From the human T2T-CHM13v2.0 reference genome, Homo sapiens, in assembly GCA_009914755.4 (NCBI GenBank), contig CP068257.2, positions 10,368,001 through 10,432,000 of the forward strand: a stretch of DNA of 64,000 nt, given 5' to 3'. A program made the translations under genes and the position numbers. Below are positions 41,201-57,394 of this stretch, in pieces (position 1 is the first letter of the stretch; each line of letters begins with the position of its first letter). The notes beneath the pieces were generated by a model, which was not told where the DNA came from, made no database searches, and worked only from the letters and a program-made list of their open reading frames with translations.

Positions 41201-44200
41201 GGAATTGAATGGAGTGAAGTGTAGTGGAATAGAGTGGAATGGAACGGAATGGGAAGAAATTTAATTGGATGGAGTGGAGTGGAGAGTAGTATCCAATGGA
41301 AAGGAATGGAATGTAGTGGAGTGGAGTGGATTGGAATGGAGTAAAATGGAATGGAATGGAATGGAAAGGAATGGAATTGAGTGGAATGGACTGGAATGGA
41401 ATGGAATGAAATGGACTCTAATAAAATGGACTCGACTGGAATGTACTGGAAGGGAATGGAAATGATTGGAATGGAATACAATGGAATGGAGTGGAATGGA
41501 CTCGAATGCAATGAACTCGAATGGAAGGGAATCGAATTGAATGGACTATAATGGAATGGAATCAAATGGAATGGAATCAAATGGCATCGAATGGAATTGA
41601 ATGGAATGCGATGAAGTGGAGTGGACTGGAGTGGAGTGGAAGGGAATTGAATGGAATGGAATTGAGTGGAATGGAATGGAATGGAATGGAATGGAATGGA
41701 ATGGAATGCAATGCAATTGAATTGGAAGGAATAGAATTGAACTGAGTGGAGTGGAGTGGAGTGGAGTGGAGTGGAATGGAATGAAGTGGAATGGAATGGA
41801 CTGGAGTGGAATGGAATGGAATGGGGTGGAGTGGAATCGATTGGAATGGAATGGAATGAGGACGGGAATTGAATGGAGTGGAGTGGAATGGAGTGGAATG
41901 CAAAGGAATTGAATGGAATGGAGTGGAGTGGAGGTGAATAAAGTGTAGTGTAGTGGAGAGGAATGGACTGGAATGGAATGGAATTGAATTAAATGGTGTG
42001 GAATTGAGTCGAATTTAATGGAATGCACCAGAGTGGTATGGAGTGGAGTGGAATGGAGTGGAATGGAATGGAATGGAATGGAAGGGAATGGAATGGAATG
42101 GAAGGGACTGGAATGGAATGGACTTGAATGGAAGGGAATGGAATGGAATGCAATTGAATGGAATTGAGTGGAATAGAATTGAATTGTATGGAATCGAATG
42201 GAAGGGAATCGAATGGCATCAAATGGAATCAAATGGAATGCGGTGAAGTGGAGTGGAGTGGATTGAAACGCAGTGGAATGGAATGAGGTAGAATGGAATT
42301 GAGTGGAGTGGAGTGCATTGGAATGGGTTGGAATGGAATGGAATTGGAAGGAGTGGAATTGAACGGATTGGAGTGGAATGAAAAGGAGTGGAAAGCAATG
42401 CAATGGAATGGAGTAGAGTGGAGTTGTGTGGAGTGGAGTAGTATGCAATGGAATAGAATGGAATGGAATGGATTTGAAAGGAATGGAATGGAATGGTTTC
42501 GAATGTAATGGACTGGAATGAAATGGTCTGGAAAGGAATGGGCTCGAATGGAATGGACTCGATGGAATGCACTTGAAGGGAGTGGACTGGAATGGAATGG
42601 ACTGGAATATAATGGACTTGGATGGAATGGATTTGAATGGAATGAACTCGAAAGGAATGAACTCGCATGTAATGGACTCGAATTGTATGGAATCGAATAG
42701 AAGGGACTCGCATGGAATGGATGAGAATGGAATGGAATAGAATGGAATGGAGTCGAATGGAATGGAATAGAATAGCATCAAAGAGAATACAGTGGAATGC
42801 GATGAAGTGGAGTGGAGTCGAGTGGAATGGAGTGGAATGGAATTGAATGCAGCAGAGCGGAGTGGTGTCAAATGGATTTGAATAGAATGGAATGGTAAGG
42901 AATAGAATTGAACCGAGTTGAGTTGAGTGGAGTGGAATGGAGTAATATGCAAAGAATGGAATCCAGTGGATTGGAATGGAATGGAATGGAGTGGAGTGGA
43001 ATGGAATGGGGTGGAAATAGTGGAATTGAATGGAATGGAGTGGAGTGGAGAGATGTGGAGTGGAGTGCAGTGGAATGGATTGGAGTGGAGTGGAGTGGAA
43101 TGCAATGAAGTGAAATGGAGTGGAGTGGAGTGGAATGGAATAGAATTAAGTGGAGTGGAGTGGAATGGAGTGAAATGAAATGGAATTGGATTGAATGGAA
43201 TTGAACGGAGTGGAGTGGAATGCGGTGGAATGCAATGGAATGGAATAGAATGGATTGGAGTGGAGTGGAATGGAATGGAATGGAATGAAATGGAATCGAA
43301 TGTTATGGACAGGAATGTAATGGACTAAAAAGGAATGCACTCGAATGGAATGTCCTCGAATGGAATAGACTCTTATGAAATGGAATCGAATGGAATGGAA
43401 TCATATGGAATTGAATTGAGTGAAATGGAATCAAATGGAATGGCATCGAATGGCATCAAATGGAATCAACTGGAAAGAGGCATTGCATGGAATGGCTTCC
43501 AATGGAATCAAATGGAAACAAGTGGAGTGGAGTGGAAAGTAGTGGCAAGGAATGGGGTGGAATGGAATTGAATGGATGGGAATGGAAACCAGGTAAGTGG
43601 AATGCAAAGGAACAGAATGGAATGGAGTGGAGTGGAGAGGAATATAGTGAAATGGAATTGAAAGGTATGCAATGAAATGGAGTGGAATTGAATTGAATGA
43701 AATGGAATGGAATGGAATGGAATGCACTGTATTGGAGTGGAGTGGAATGGAGTGGAATGAAGTGGAAGGGAATGGAACTGAATGGAGAGGAATGGAATGG
43801 AGTGGAATGGATTGGAATTGATTGGAGTGGAGTGGAGTGGAGTGTAATGGAGTGGAATGCAATGGAATGGGAAAAAATGTAATTGAACGTAGTGGAGTGG
43901 AATGGAGTGGAAAGAATGTAATGGAATGGAATGGAGTGGAATAGAGTGGAATGAAGTGGAGTGGAATGGAGTGGAGTGGAGTGGAATGGAATGGGAAGGA
44001 ATGGAATTCAATGGAGTGGAGTGGAGTTGAGAGGAGTGGAGTGGAGTGGTATGCAATGGAATGGAATGGAATTGAGTGTTGTGGATTGGAGTGGAGTGGA
44101 GTTGAGTGGAATGGAATGGAATAGAGTGGAATGGAATGGAAAAGAGTAGAATGGAGGGGAGTGGAATGGAAAGGAGAGGAGTGGAATGGAATGGAATGGA

Positions 44201-47200
44201 ATGGAATGGAATCAAATAGAATTTACAGGACGGAAATGGAATAACAAGGAATGGACTCGAATGGAATGGACTTGAATCGAATGGCCTCAAATGGAATGGA
44301 ATTGAATGGAATGGAATCGAATCGAATGGAATGTAACGTAATGAAATCGAGTGAAGTGGAAATGAATGAAATGGAATCAAATGGCATCGAATCGAGTCAA
44401 ATGGAATGCAATGAAGTGGAGAGGAGTGGAGCAGAATGGAGTGGAATGGAATGGATTGGAATGGAATTGAATGGAGTGGAGTGGTGGTCAGTGGAATGGA
44501 GTGGAATGGAATGTATTGGGAAAGAATGGAATTGACAAGAGTAGAGTGGAGTGCAGTGGAGTGGAGTAGAGTGGAGTGCAGTTTAATGGAGTGGAATGGA
44601 ATGGAATGGAACAGACAGGAATGGAATGAAAAGGAGTGGAGTAAAATTGAGTGGAAATGAATAGAATGGACTGGAAATTAATGGCATGGAATGGAATGGA
44701 ACGGACTCAAATTGAGTGGACTCGAATGGAATGGACTGGAATGGAATGGACACGAATGGAATGGAATGTAAGGGAATGGAATCAAATGGTATGGAATCAA
44801 ATATAGTGGAATTGAACGGAATGGAATCAAATGCACTGGAATCGAATGGTATGGAATCAAATGGCATTGAATGGAATCGCATAAAATGCTGTGAAGTGGA
44901 GTGGAGTGGAGTGGAATAGAGTGAAATGGAGTGGAATGGGTAGGAATGGAATTGAACACAGTGAAGTGGAGTGGATTGGAGTGGAATGGAATGCAAAGGA
45001 ATGAAATGGAATAGAATGGAATGGAATGGAATGGAGTGGAGGGGAGTGGATTGCAGTGGAGTGGATTGGAGTGTAATGGAGTGGAATGGAATGGAAAGGA
45101 ATGGAATGGCATGGAGTGGAATGGAATGGAATGGGAGGGAATAGAGTAGAAAGGAGTGGAATGGATAGGAGCAGAGTAAAATGGAATGGAAAGGAATGGA
45201 ATGGAATGGAATGGAATGGAATGGAATGGTGAGGAGTGGAGTCGAGTGTACTGCAGTGGAGTGGAGTGGAAAGGAATGGAATGAAATGGATTGCAATGGA
45301 ATGGAATTGATTGTAGTGGAGTGGAATGCAATAGAGTGGAATGTAGTGGAATGGAATGGAACAAAGTCAAGTGGAATGGAGTGGAGTGGAATGGAATGGA
45401 ATGGAATGGAATGGAATGGAATGGAATGGAATGGACTCGAATAGAATTGAATGGACTCAAATGGAATGGACTGGAATGCATTGGAATCAAATGGAATAGA
45501 CTCGAAAGGAATGGACTCAAATGGAATAGAATCGAATGGAATGAAATCGAATGGAATGGAATTGAATGGAATGGAATCGAAAGGAATGGAATCAAATGGC
45601 ATCGAATGGAATCGAATGGACTGCAGTGAAGTGAAGTGGAGTGGAATGGAGTGCAATGGAGTGGAATGGAGTGGAATTGAATGGGGTGAAAGGGAACTGA
45701 ATGGAGTGGAGTGCAGTGGAGTTGAATGGAGTGGAATGGAATTTAATGGTAAGGAATGAATTTGAATGGAATGGAGTGGAGTGGATTGGACTGGATTGCA
45801 ATTGAATGGAGTGGAATGGAGTTGAGTGGAGTGGAGTGGAATGGAATGGAATGGAATGGAATGGAATGGAATGGAATGGAATGGAAACGACTGGAATGCA
45901 ATGGAGAAGAATGGAATGGACTCCAATGGAATGGATTCGAATGAAATGGAATGGAATGGAATTGAATGGACTCAAATGGAATGGAATGGAATGGAATGGA
46001 CTGGAATGGAATGGATTCGAATGGAATGGACTCCAATGGAAAGGATTGGAATGGAATGGACTCCAATGGAATGGAGTTGAAAGGAATGAACTTGAATGGA
46101 ATGGAAACGAGTGGAATGGAATCAAAAGGAATGGATTCAAGAGCAAAGAAATCGAATACATGGTATCGAATGGAAAGGATTAGAAAGCAATGAAATCGAA
46201 TGCAATGGTGTCGAATGGAATGGAATCGAATGGCATGGAATGGATTGAGGTGAAGGGGAGTGGAGTGGAGTGGAATGGAGTGGAATGGAATGCGGTGGAA
46301 TGGAATTGAATGGAGTGGAGTGGAGTGGAGTGGAATGGAGTGGAATGGAATAGAGTGTAGTGAAATGCAATGGAATGGAATGGAGTGGATTGGACAGGAG
46401 TTGATTGGAGTGGAATGCAATGGAATGGAAAGGAGTGGAGTGGACTGGAGTGCAGTGGAATGGAGGGGAATGCAATATGATGGAAAGGAATGGAATAGAC
46501 TCGAATGGAATGGACTCGAGTGGAATGGACTGGAATGGAATGGACTCGAACAGAATGGACTGGAATGTAATGGACTCTAATGGAATGGACTCGAATGGAC
46601 CGGAATCAAATGGAATGGAATCGACTGGAATGGAATGGAATCCAGTGGAATGGAATGGAATGGCATCAAATGGAATCGAATAGAATGTGGTGAAGTGGAG
46701 TGGAGTGCAGTGGAATGGAGTGGATTTGAATAGGGAGGAATGGAAGTGAATGGAGTGGAGTGGAGTGGATTGGAGTGGAATGTAATAAAAAGGAACGGAA
46801 AGGGAAGGTTGTAATTGAACAGTGTGGAGTGGAGTGGAATGTAGCAGAGTGGAATGCAATGGAATGGAATGGAAGATAGTACAGTCGAATGGAGTGGAGT
46901 GGAGTGGAGAGGAGTGGATTAGAATGGAGTGGAATGGAAAGTAAGGGAATGAAGTGGAATGGAATGGAATGGCATGGAATGGAGTGGAATGGAATGGAAT
47001 GGAATGCAGGCGAGTGCAGTGGAATGGAATGGAATGGAATGAAATGGAGAGCGGTGAAGTGGAGTGGAGTGAATTGGAGTGGAGAAGAATGGAATGGAAT
47101 GGAATGGAATGGAATGGAATGGAATGGAATGGAATGGAGTGGAGTGGAGTGGAATGGAAGGGAATGGAATTGATAGGAATGGAATGGAGTTGAGGGTATA

Positions 47201-50200
47201 ATAATGGAAGAAAACAGAATGGAATGGAATGGAGTGGAATGGAGTGGCATGGAATGCAATGGAATGGAATGGAGTGGAATCGAATCTAATGGAGTCGAAT
47301 GAAATGGACTGAAATGGAAATGACAGGAATAGAATGCAGTGAAAAGGTATGGAATCGAATCAAATGGACTGGAATGGAATGGACTCAAATGGAATGGAAT
47401 CGAAATTAATGGAATCAAATGGAATGGAATCGAATGGAATGGAATTGAGTGGCATGGAATCGAATGGATTCGCCTTGAATCAAATGGAATGCGGTGAAGT
47501 GGAGTGGAAAGGAATAGATTGGAAATGAATGGGGGGAATGGAATTGAACGGAGTGGAGTGGAGTGGACTGGAATAGAGTGGAATTAATTGGAATGGGAAG
47601 GGAGGGAATTGAATGGAGTGGAGTGTAAAACGATAGAGTGGAGTGGAGTGCAGTGAAATGGAGTGGAGTAGAGTGGAATGCAATAGAGTGTTATGGAATG
47701 CAGAGGAGTGGACTGGATTGGAATGGAGTGGAGTGGAGTTGAATGGAATGGAGTTGAACGTTGTGGAGTGCAGTGGAATGGGGTGGAGTGCAATGGAAAG
47801 GAATGGAGTGGAGTGAAGTGCAGGGGAGTGGAATAGAATGGAATGGAATAGGATGGAGTGGAGTGTTGTGGAGCATATTGGAGTCAAGTGGAGTGGAATG
47901 GGAAGGAATGGAATTGAATGGAGGGGAAAAGAACGGAATCAAATGGAAAGGACTGGAATGAAATGTACTCGAGTGGAATGGAGTCAAATGAAATGGAATT
48001 GGATGGAATTGAAAAGAATGAAATGGAATTCAATGGAATGTAATCAAATGAAAGGGAGTCGAATGGCATCGAATGAAATTGAATATAATGCGCTGAAGTG
48101 GAGTGGAGTGGACTGGAATAGAATGTGGTGGAAGGGATTTGAATGGGGTGGAGTGGAGTGGAGTGGAATGAGGTGGAGTGGAGTGGAGTGGAATGGAATG
48201 GGAAGGAATGGAATTAAATGCATGCAATTCAGTGGAATGGAGTGGAACGCAATGGAATGGAATGGAATGGAGTGCAGTTGAGTGGAGTTGAGTGGAATGG
48301 AATGGAACAGAATGGAATGGAATGGAAAGGAATGGACAAGAATGCAATGGACTGGAATGGAATGGTATTGAATGGAATGGATTCAAATGGAATGGAATGG
48401 AATCCAATGGAATGGACTCGAATGGAATGGACTGGAACGGAATGGACTTGGATGGAATAAAATCTAACGGAATGGAATCGAATGGATTGGAATCAGATCG
48501 AATTGAATCAAATGGAATGGAATCGAATGGAGTGGAACCGAATGGAAAGGAATAGAATGGCATCAAAAGGAAACGAATGGAATGTGGTGAAGTTGAGTGG
48601 AGTGGAGTTTAGTGAAATGGAGTGCAGTGGAGTGGAACGGAGTGAAATGGACTGGAATGGAATGGAATGGACTGGAAAGGAATCAACTGGAATGGAATGG
48701 ACTCGAATTGAATGGAATTGCATGGAATGGAATCGAAAAGAATGGAATAGAATGGAATGGAATCGAATGGAATGAAATCAAATGGAATGGAGTCGAATGG
48801 AAAGGATTTGAATGGCATCGAATGGAATTGAATGGAATGCGGTGAAGTGGAGTGGAGTGGAGTGGAATGGAGTGAAATGAAATGGGGTGGAATGGAATTG
48901 AATGGAGTGGTGTGGTGTGGAATGCAGTGGAATGGAATGTAAAGGCAACGAATGGAATTAAAAGGAGAGGAGTGGAGTGGAGTGTATTGGAGTGGAGTGG
49001 AATGGAAGGGACTCAAGTGGAGTGGAGTTGAGTGGAATGGAGTGGAGTGGAGTGGAATGGAATGGACTCAAGTGGAATGGAGTGGAGTGGAATGGAGTGG
49101 AATAGAATAGAATGGATTGAAGAGGAATAGAGTGGAGTGAAGTGGAGTGGGGTGGAGTGCAGTGTAATGATATGGAATGGAATGGAATCGAATCGAATGG
49201 AATGGACTCGAAAGGAATGGAATCCAATGGAATGGACTTGAATACAATGGAATCGAATGGAATGGAATCGAATGAAATGCAATTGAATAGAGTGGAATTG
49301 AATGTCATCGAATTGAGGGGAATGGAATGCGGTGAAGTGGAGTGGAGTGGAGTGAAATGGAGTGGAAAGGAATGGGGTGAAATGGAATGGAATGCAGTGG
49401 AGTGGAGTTTAATGGAGTGGAATGGAAATGAATGGGAAGGAATAGAATTGAATGGAGTGGAGTGCCTTGGAATGCAATGGATTGGTGTGAAGAGGAGTGG
49501 AGTGGAAAAGAGTGGAATGCAATGGAATGTAACATAATGGAATGGAGTGGATTGGAATGGAGTAGAAAGGACTTCAGTGGAGAGGAGCGGAGGGGAGTGG
49601 AATAGAATGGAAAGGAAAGGAATAGAATGTAATGGTGTGGAGTAGAGTGGAATGAAATGGAATGGAAAGGATTGGAATGGAATAGAATGGAATGGAATGG
49701 AATGGACTCGAATGGAATGCAATGGAAAGGAACGGACTGGAATGGAATGGACAGGAATGGATTGGAGTCGAGGGGAAAGGAATCGAATGGAATGGAATTG
49801 AATGGAATGGGATAAATAGAATGGGATCAAATGAAATGGAATGAAATGGAGTGGAATGGAATGGCATCGAATGGAATCCAAAGGAATGCAGAGAAGTGCA
49901 GTGGAGTTGAGAGGAATGCAATGGAATGGAATGGAATGGAGTAGACTGGAGTGGAGTGGATTGTAGTGGAATTGAGTGGAGTGGAATGGAACGGAGTGGA
50001 GTGGAGTAGAATATAGTGTAGTGGAGTGGAGTGGAATGTAGTGGAATGGAATGGTGTGAAATGGAATGGACTGGAGTGGAATGGAATGGAAGGGAATGGA
50101 ATGGAATGGAGTTGAGTGGTGTGGGATGGAATGCAATGGAATGGAATGGAGTGGAGTGGAGTGGAGTGGAATGGAGTGGAGTGGAGTGGGGAGGAGAGGA

Positions 50201-53200
50201 ATGGAGTGTAATGGAATGCAATGGAATGGAATGGAGTGGAGTGGAGTGAAATGGAGTGGAGTGGAGTGGGTTATAAAGGAATGGAGTGGAATGGAATGCA
50301 GTGGAATGGAATATGGTGGAGAGGAATGGAATGGAATTTAGTGCAGTGGAGTGCAGTAAATTGGAGTGGTGTGGAATGGAATGCAGTGGAAGTGAATGGA
50401 ATGGAATGGAATCGAATGGAGTGTAGTGGAATGGAATGGAATGGAATGGACTCGAATGGAATGGGCTGGAATGAAATGGACTGGAATGGAATGGACTCGA
50501 AAGGAAAGGAATCTAATGGTATGGAATCGAATGGAATGGAATAGAGAGGAATGGAATCGAAAGGAATGGAATCAAAGAGAGCAGAATCGAATGGCATCAA
50601 ATGGATTCAAAAGGCATGTGGTGAAATGAGGAGGTGTGGAGTGGAATGGAGTAGAAAGGATTGTGGTGGAATGGAATTGAATGGAGTGAAGAGGAATTGA
50701 GTGGAATGGAATGGGAAGGAATGGAATTCAACGGAGTGGAGTGGAGTGGAGTGGAATGAAAGGAAATGGAATGGATTGGAGTTGAGTGGAATGGATTGGA
50801 GTGCAGTGGAGTGGAGTGGAATGCAATAGACTGGAATGGAATGGAATGGAGTGGAATGGAATGGAATGAAAAGGAAAAGAATGGAATGGAAAGGATTGGA
50901 GTGAAGTAGAGTGGAGGTGAATGGAGTGGAGTGGAGTGGAACAGAATAGAATGGAATGAAATGGAATTGAATGGACTCGAATGGAACGGAATCGAATTTA
51001 ATGGAATTGAATGCAATGGAATCTAATGGAATGGAATGGAATGGAATGGAATGGAATGGAATGGAATGGAATGGAATGGAGTGGAATCGAATGGAATGGA
51101 ATCGAATGGCAATGAATGGAATTGAACGGAATGCAGTCCACTGGAGTGCACAGGAGTGGAATGGAGTGGAATGGAATGGGGTGGAATGGAATTGAAGGGA
51201 GTGGAGAGGAGCAGGGTGAAATGGAGTGGAATGGAGTGGAATGGGAAGGAATGGAATGGGCCAGAAAGGAATTGAACTTAGTGGAGAGGACTAGAAGGGA
51301 ATGGGTTGGAATGGAATCAAACGAAATGAAATGCAATTGCATGGAGTGAAATGGAGTGCTACGGAATGGAGAGGAATGGAATGGAATTGAATGGAGTGGA
51401 ATGGAACGGAATGGAATGGATTGGAATGGAATGGAACGGAGTGGAGTGGAGTGGAATGGAATGGAATGGAATGGAGTGGAATGGAGAGGAAAGGAATGGA
51501 ATGGAGTGGAGTGGTTTGGATTGGATTGCAGTGGAATGGAATGGCATGGAGTGGAATGGAATGGAGTGGAATGGAGTGGATTGTAGTGGAGTGGAGTGGA
51601 GTGGAGTGGAATGGAATTTAGTGGTATTGAAAGAAACAGGATGGAATGGAATGGTATTAAATGGGGTGGAGTCCAGATGATTAGAGTGCAGTGCAGTAGA
51701 ATGGAATGGAATGGAATGGAAAGGAATGGAATGGAATAGAATGAAATAGACTCGAATGGAATGGACTCGAATGAAACGGAATAGAAATTACTGGAATTGA
51801 ACGCAATGGAATTGAATGGAATGGAATCTAATGGAATGGAATAGAATAGAGTGGAATCGAATGGAATGGAATCGAATGTCATCAAATGGAATCAAATGGA
51901 ATGGAATAGAATAGAGTGGAATCGAATGGAATGGAATCGAACGGCATCAAATGGAATCGAATGGAATGTGGTCCACTGGAGTGCAGTGGAGTGGAATGGA
52001 ACGGGGTGGAATGGAGTTGAATGGCATGGGGAGGAGCGGAGTGGAAATGAATGTAATGGAATGGAATGGGAATGAATGGAATTGGACAGAAGTTAATTGA
52101 AAGGAATGTCGTGGAGTGGAACGGCATGGAGTGCAATGGAATTGAGAGGAATGGAGTGGATTGTAGTGGAGTGGAGTGGAGTGGAATGGAATGGAGTGGT
52201 ATTTAATGAAACGGGATGGAATGGAATGGAATGGAATGGAATGGAATGGAATGGTATTGAATGGGGTGGAGTCCAGAGGATTGGAGTGGAGTGCAGTAGA
52301 ATGGAATGGAATGGAATGGAATGGAAAGGAATGGAATGGAATGGAAGGAAATAGAATCGAATGGAATTGACTCGAATGCAACGGAATAGAATTTAATGGA
52401 ATTTAACGCAATGGAATAGAATGGAATGGAGTTGAATGGAATGAAATAGAATAGAGTGGAATTGAATGGAATGGAATCGAACAGCATCAAATGGAATCGA
52501 ATGGAATGTGGTCCACTGGAGGGCAGTGGAGTGGCATGGAGTTGAATGGAATGGGGTGGAATGGAGTTGAATGGAGTGGAGAGGAGAGGAGTGGAATGGA
52601 ATGAAATGGAATGGAATATGAAGGAATGGAATGGGACAGAAATTAATTGAAAGGAATGGAGTGGAGTGGAAGGGAATGGAATGGAATGGAATCAAATGAA
52701 ATGGAATGCAGTTGAATGGAGTGGGACGCAGTTGAATGGAATGGAGTGGAATGGAGTGGAATAGAATGGAGTGGAATTGAATGGAATGGAATGCAGTGGA
52801 GTGGAGTGGAGTGGAATGGAGTGGTGTGGAATGAAGTGAAATGGAGTGGAGTGGAATGGAATTGAGTGTAGGGCAACGGAATGGAATGGAGTGGAATGGA
52901 ATGGAACTGAAAGGAATGAAATGGAATGGACTCAAACGGAATGGACTCTAATGGAATGGACTGGAATGGAATGGACTCGAATGGAATGGACTCGAATGGA
53001 ATGGACTGGAATGGAAGGGACATGAATAGAGTGGAATCGAATGGAATGGAATCAAATGGCATCGACAGGAATCAAATGAAATACAGTGCAGTTGAATGGA
53101 GTGCAGTGGAATGGAATGGGATGGAATGTGGTGGAATGGAATGGAATGGAACGGAATGGAGTGAAGTGGAGTGGAATGGAATGGAATGGAATGGAGTGGA

Positions 53201-56200
53201 ATGGAGTGGAATGGAATGGAACGGAATGGAATGGAATGGAATGGAATGGAACGGAGTGGAACGGAATGGAACAGAATGGAATGGAGTGGAATGGAATGGA
53301 ATGGAATGGAATGGAATGGAATGGAGTGGAATGGAGTGGAATGCAGTGGAGAGGAGTGGAATTTAATGGAGTGAAGTGGAATGGAATGGAGTGAAGTGGA
53401 ATGGAATTGAATGGAATGGAATGAAATGGAATGGAAAGGAATCGAAAGGAATGTAATTGAATGGCATCTAATGGAATCGAACGGAATGCGGTGAAGCAGA
53501 ATGGAGTGGAGTGGAATGGAGTGGAATGGAATGGGGTGGAACTGAAATTAATGGAGTCGAGTGGAATGGAGTGGATTGGAATGGGAAGGAATGTGATGGA
53601 ACAGAGTGGAGTTTAGTGAAAAGGAATGCAATGGAATGGAATGGAATTGAATGGAAGGGAAGGGAATGGAATGGAATGGAGTGGAAAACATGGAATGGAA
53701 TTCACAGGACTGGACTGGAATGGAACGGAATGGAATGGAATGGAATGGAATGGAATGCAATGCAATGCAATCAAATGGACACGAATGGAATGGACTTGAA
53801 TGGAATGGACTCGAATGGAATGAACTGGAATGGAATGGACTAGAATGGAATGAACTGGAATGGAATGGACTGGAATGGAATGGACTCGATTGTAAGGGAA
53901 TCGAATGGAATAGAATCGAATGGCAGTGAATGGAATTGAATGGAATGCGATGAAGTGGAGTGGATTGCAGTTGAATGGAGTGCAAACAATGGTTTGGAAA
54001 GGAATAGAATGGAGTGGAGCGGATTTGATTGGAATGGAATTGAATGGGAAGTAATGGAATTTAATGGAGTGGAGTGCAGTGGAGTGGAGTGGAGTGGAGT
54101 AGGGTGAAATGGAATGAAATGGAATGGAATGGCATGGAATGGACTGGAATGGAATGTAATCAAATGGAAAGGAATCGGATGGAAAGAAATGTTATAGAAT
54201 GGAGTGGAATCAACTGGAATGGAATTGAAAGGAATGGAATGGAATGGAGTGGATACGATTGAAAAGGAATCGAATGTCATCGGATGGAATCAAAAGGAAT
54301 GCGGTGAATTGGAGGGGAGTGGAGTGGAAAGGAGTGCAATGGAATGGTGTGGAATGGAATGGAAAGGAGTAGAGTGGAGTGGAAAGGAGTGGAATGGCAT
54401 GGAATGGAAAGGAATGGAATTGAATGGAGTGGAGTGCAATGGAGTGCCTTGAAATGGAATGCAATGGAGTGGAGTGGAGAAAAGTGGATTGGATTGGAAT
54501 GGAATGAAACGGAATGGAATGGAATGCAACGTACTGGAATGGAAAGTAATCGAATGGAAAAGAATGGAATGGAATGGAATGGAATGGAATCAAACGGAGT
54601 GGAATCGTGTGGAATGGAATCGAATGGAATTTAATCGAATGGCATCGAATGGAATCAAATGGAATGCAGTGAAGTGGAGTGGAGTGGAATGGAGTGGAAT
54701 GGAATGGGTTGGAATGGAATGGAGTGGAGAGGAGTAGATTGGAGAGCAATGGAATGCAATGGAATGGAGTGGAGTGGAGAGGATTGGAGTGGAGTGGAAT
54801 GCAATGGAATGGAAAGTAATTGAGTGGAGAGGAATGGAGTGGAATGTAGTTTAGTGGTGTGGATTCGAATGGAGTGGAATATAGTGGATTTGAGTGGAGT
54901 GGAAGGGAATTCACACAAGTGGAGTGGAGTTGAGTGGACTGGAGGGGAGTGAAGTGGAATGGAGTGGAAAGGAATGGAGTGGAATTTAAAGGAATGGAAT
55001 GGAGTAGAGTGGAGTTGCGTGAAGTTTAATGGAGTGGATTGCAGTGGAGTGGAGTGGAATGGATTTGAAAGGAGTGGTGTGCAGTGAAGTGGAGTGAATT
55101 GGATTGGAATGAAAAGGAATGCAGTGAAATGAAATAGAATGGTGTGGAATGGAATGGAAAGGAATGGAAAGGAATTGACTTGAAGGGAATGGACTCAAAT
55201 GGAATGGACTCTAATGGAATGGACTGGAATGGAATGGACTCGAATGGAATGGAATCAAATGGAATGGAATCAAATGGAATGGAATCAAATGGCATCGACT
55301 GGAATCAAATGGAATACGGTGCAGTGGAGTGGAGTGGAAAGGAGTGGTATGGAATGGAATGGAATGGAATGGAATGGAATGGAATGGAATGGAGTGGAAT
55401 GGAATTGAGTGGAGTGGAGTGGAGTGGAATGGATTGGAGTGGATTCGAGTGGAGTGGGATGAAATGCACTTAAGTGGAGTGGAGTAGAGTAAAGTGAAAT
55501 TCAGTGGAATGGAATGGAATGGATTTTCATGGATTGGAGTGTACTGGAGTGGATTGGAGCGGAGTGTAATGTAGCGGAATTGAGTGGAGTGGACTGGAGT
55601 GAAACGGAGTGGAATGGAGTTCAATGGAGTGCAGTGGAGTTGAGTGCAATGGAATGGAGTGCAGTGGAATGGAATGGAATGGAATGGAATGGAATGGAAT
55701 GGAATGGAATGGAGTGGAATGGAAAGGAATATAGTGGAATGCAATGGAATGGAACTGAAAGGAATGGAATGGAGTGGAATCGAATGGCATGGAACAAAGT
55801 GGCACGGAACACAATGGCACGGAATCGATTGGCATCGAATGGAATTGATAGGATTGCGGTGAAGTGGAGTGGATGGAGTGGAATGGAGTGGAATGGAATG
55901 GAGTGGAATTGAATTGTAATGGAGTGGTGTGGAGTAGAGAGGAATGGAATGGAATGGAAAGAAGTTGAGTGCAGTGAAGTGGAATGGAAGGCTGCGGAAT
56001 TGAATGGAAAGGAATGCTACAAATTGGAATGGAGTGGAACGCAGTGGAATGGAGTGAAGTGGTGTGGAGTGGAGTGGAGTGGAGTTTAATGGAGTGAAAC
56101 CGAAACGAATGGAATAGAATTGAGTGCAATGGCATGGAGTGGAGTGGAGTGCAGTGGTTTGAAATGGAATGGAATGGATTGGAACAGACTGCAATGGAAT

Positions 56201-57394
56201 GGACTGGAATGGAATGGAGTCGATTGTCATGGACGCGGATAGAATGGATTCAAAAGGAATGGAATCGAATGGAATGGAATCGGATGAAATGGAATCAAAT
56301 GGAATGCAATCGAATGGAATGGAATCCAATGGCATTGAATGGAATTGAATGGAATGCTGTGAAGTGGGGTGAAGTTGAGTGGAATGGAGTGAAATGTAAT
56401 GGAATTGGAAGGAATGGAATAGAATGGAGTGGATTGTACAAGATTGGAGTGGCAGGTAGTGGAATGGAAAGGGGTGGAATGGAATTGAATGGAGTGGATT
56501 GGAGTGGGGTGAAATAGAGTGGAATGGAATGGAATGGGAAGGAATGGAATTGAATGGAGTGCAGTGGAGTGGGCTGGAGTGTAATGCAATGGAATGAAAT
56601 GGAATAGACTGGAGTGTAATGGAGTGGATTGGCGTGGAGTGGATTGGAATGGAATGGAATGGAGTAGATTTGAGTGGAATGAAGTGGAATTGAGTGGAGT
56701 GGAGGGGAATGGAGTGGAGTGGAATGGAATGGGAAGGAATGAAATTGAATGGAGTGGAGAGGAGTGGAGTGGAATGTAATGGAACAGAATCCAGTGGATT
56801 GGAATGGAATGGAATGGAATGTACTCAAATGGAATGGACTCCAATGGAATGGACTCGAATGGAATGGAATCGAATTGAATGTAATCAAAAGGAATGGAAT
56901 AAAATGGCTTCGAATGGAATCAAATGGAATGTGGTGAAGTGGAGTGGAGTGCAGAGGAGTATAGTGGAAAGGAATGCGGTGGAATGAATTTGAATGGACT
57001 GGAGTGGAGTGGAATGCAGTGGAATGGAATGCAATGGGAAGGAATGAAATAGTAGGGAGTAGAGTTCAGTGGAGTTGACTGGAGTGGAATGCAATGGAAT
57101 GGAATGGAATGGACTCAAATGGAAAGTTCTCAAACAGAATGGTACCGAATGGAAGGGAATCGAATGGAACGGAATGGAATGGAGTAGAATCGAATGGAAT
57201 GGTAGCCAACGGAATGGAATCCAATGGAACGGAAACGAATGACATCGAATGGAATCAAGTGGAATGCGGTTAAGGAAGTGGAGTGGACTGGAGTGGAATG
57301 GAATGGAATGGATTGGAATTGAATGGACTCGAATGGAATGGACCCGAATGGAATCAAATGGAATGGAATCGAGTGGAATGGAATCCAATTGAAT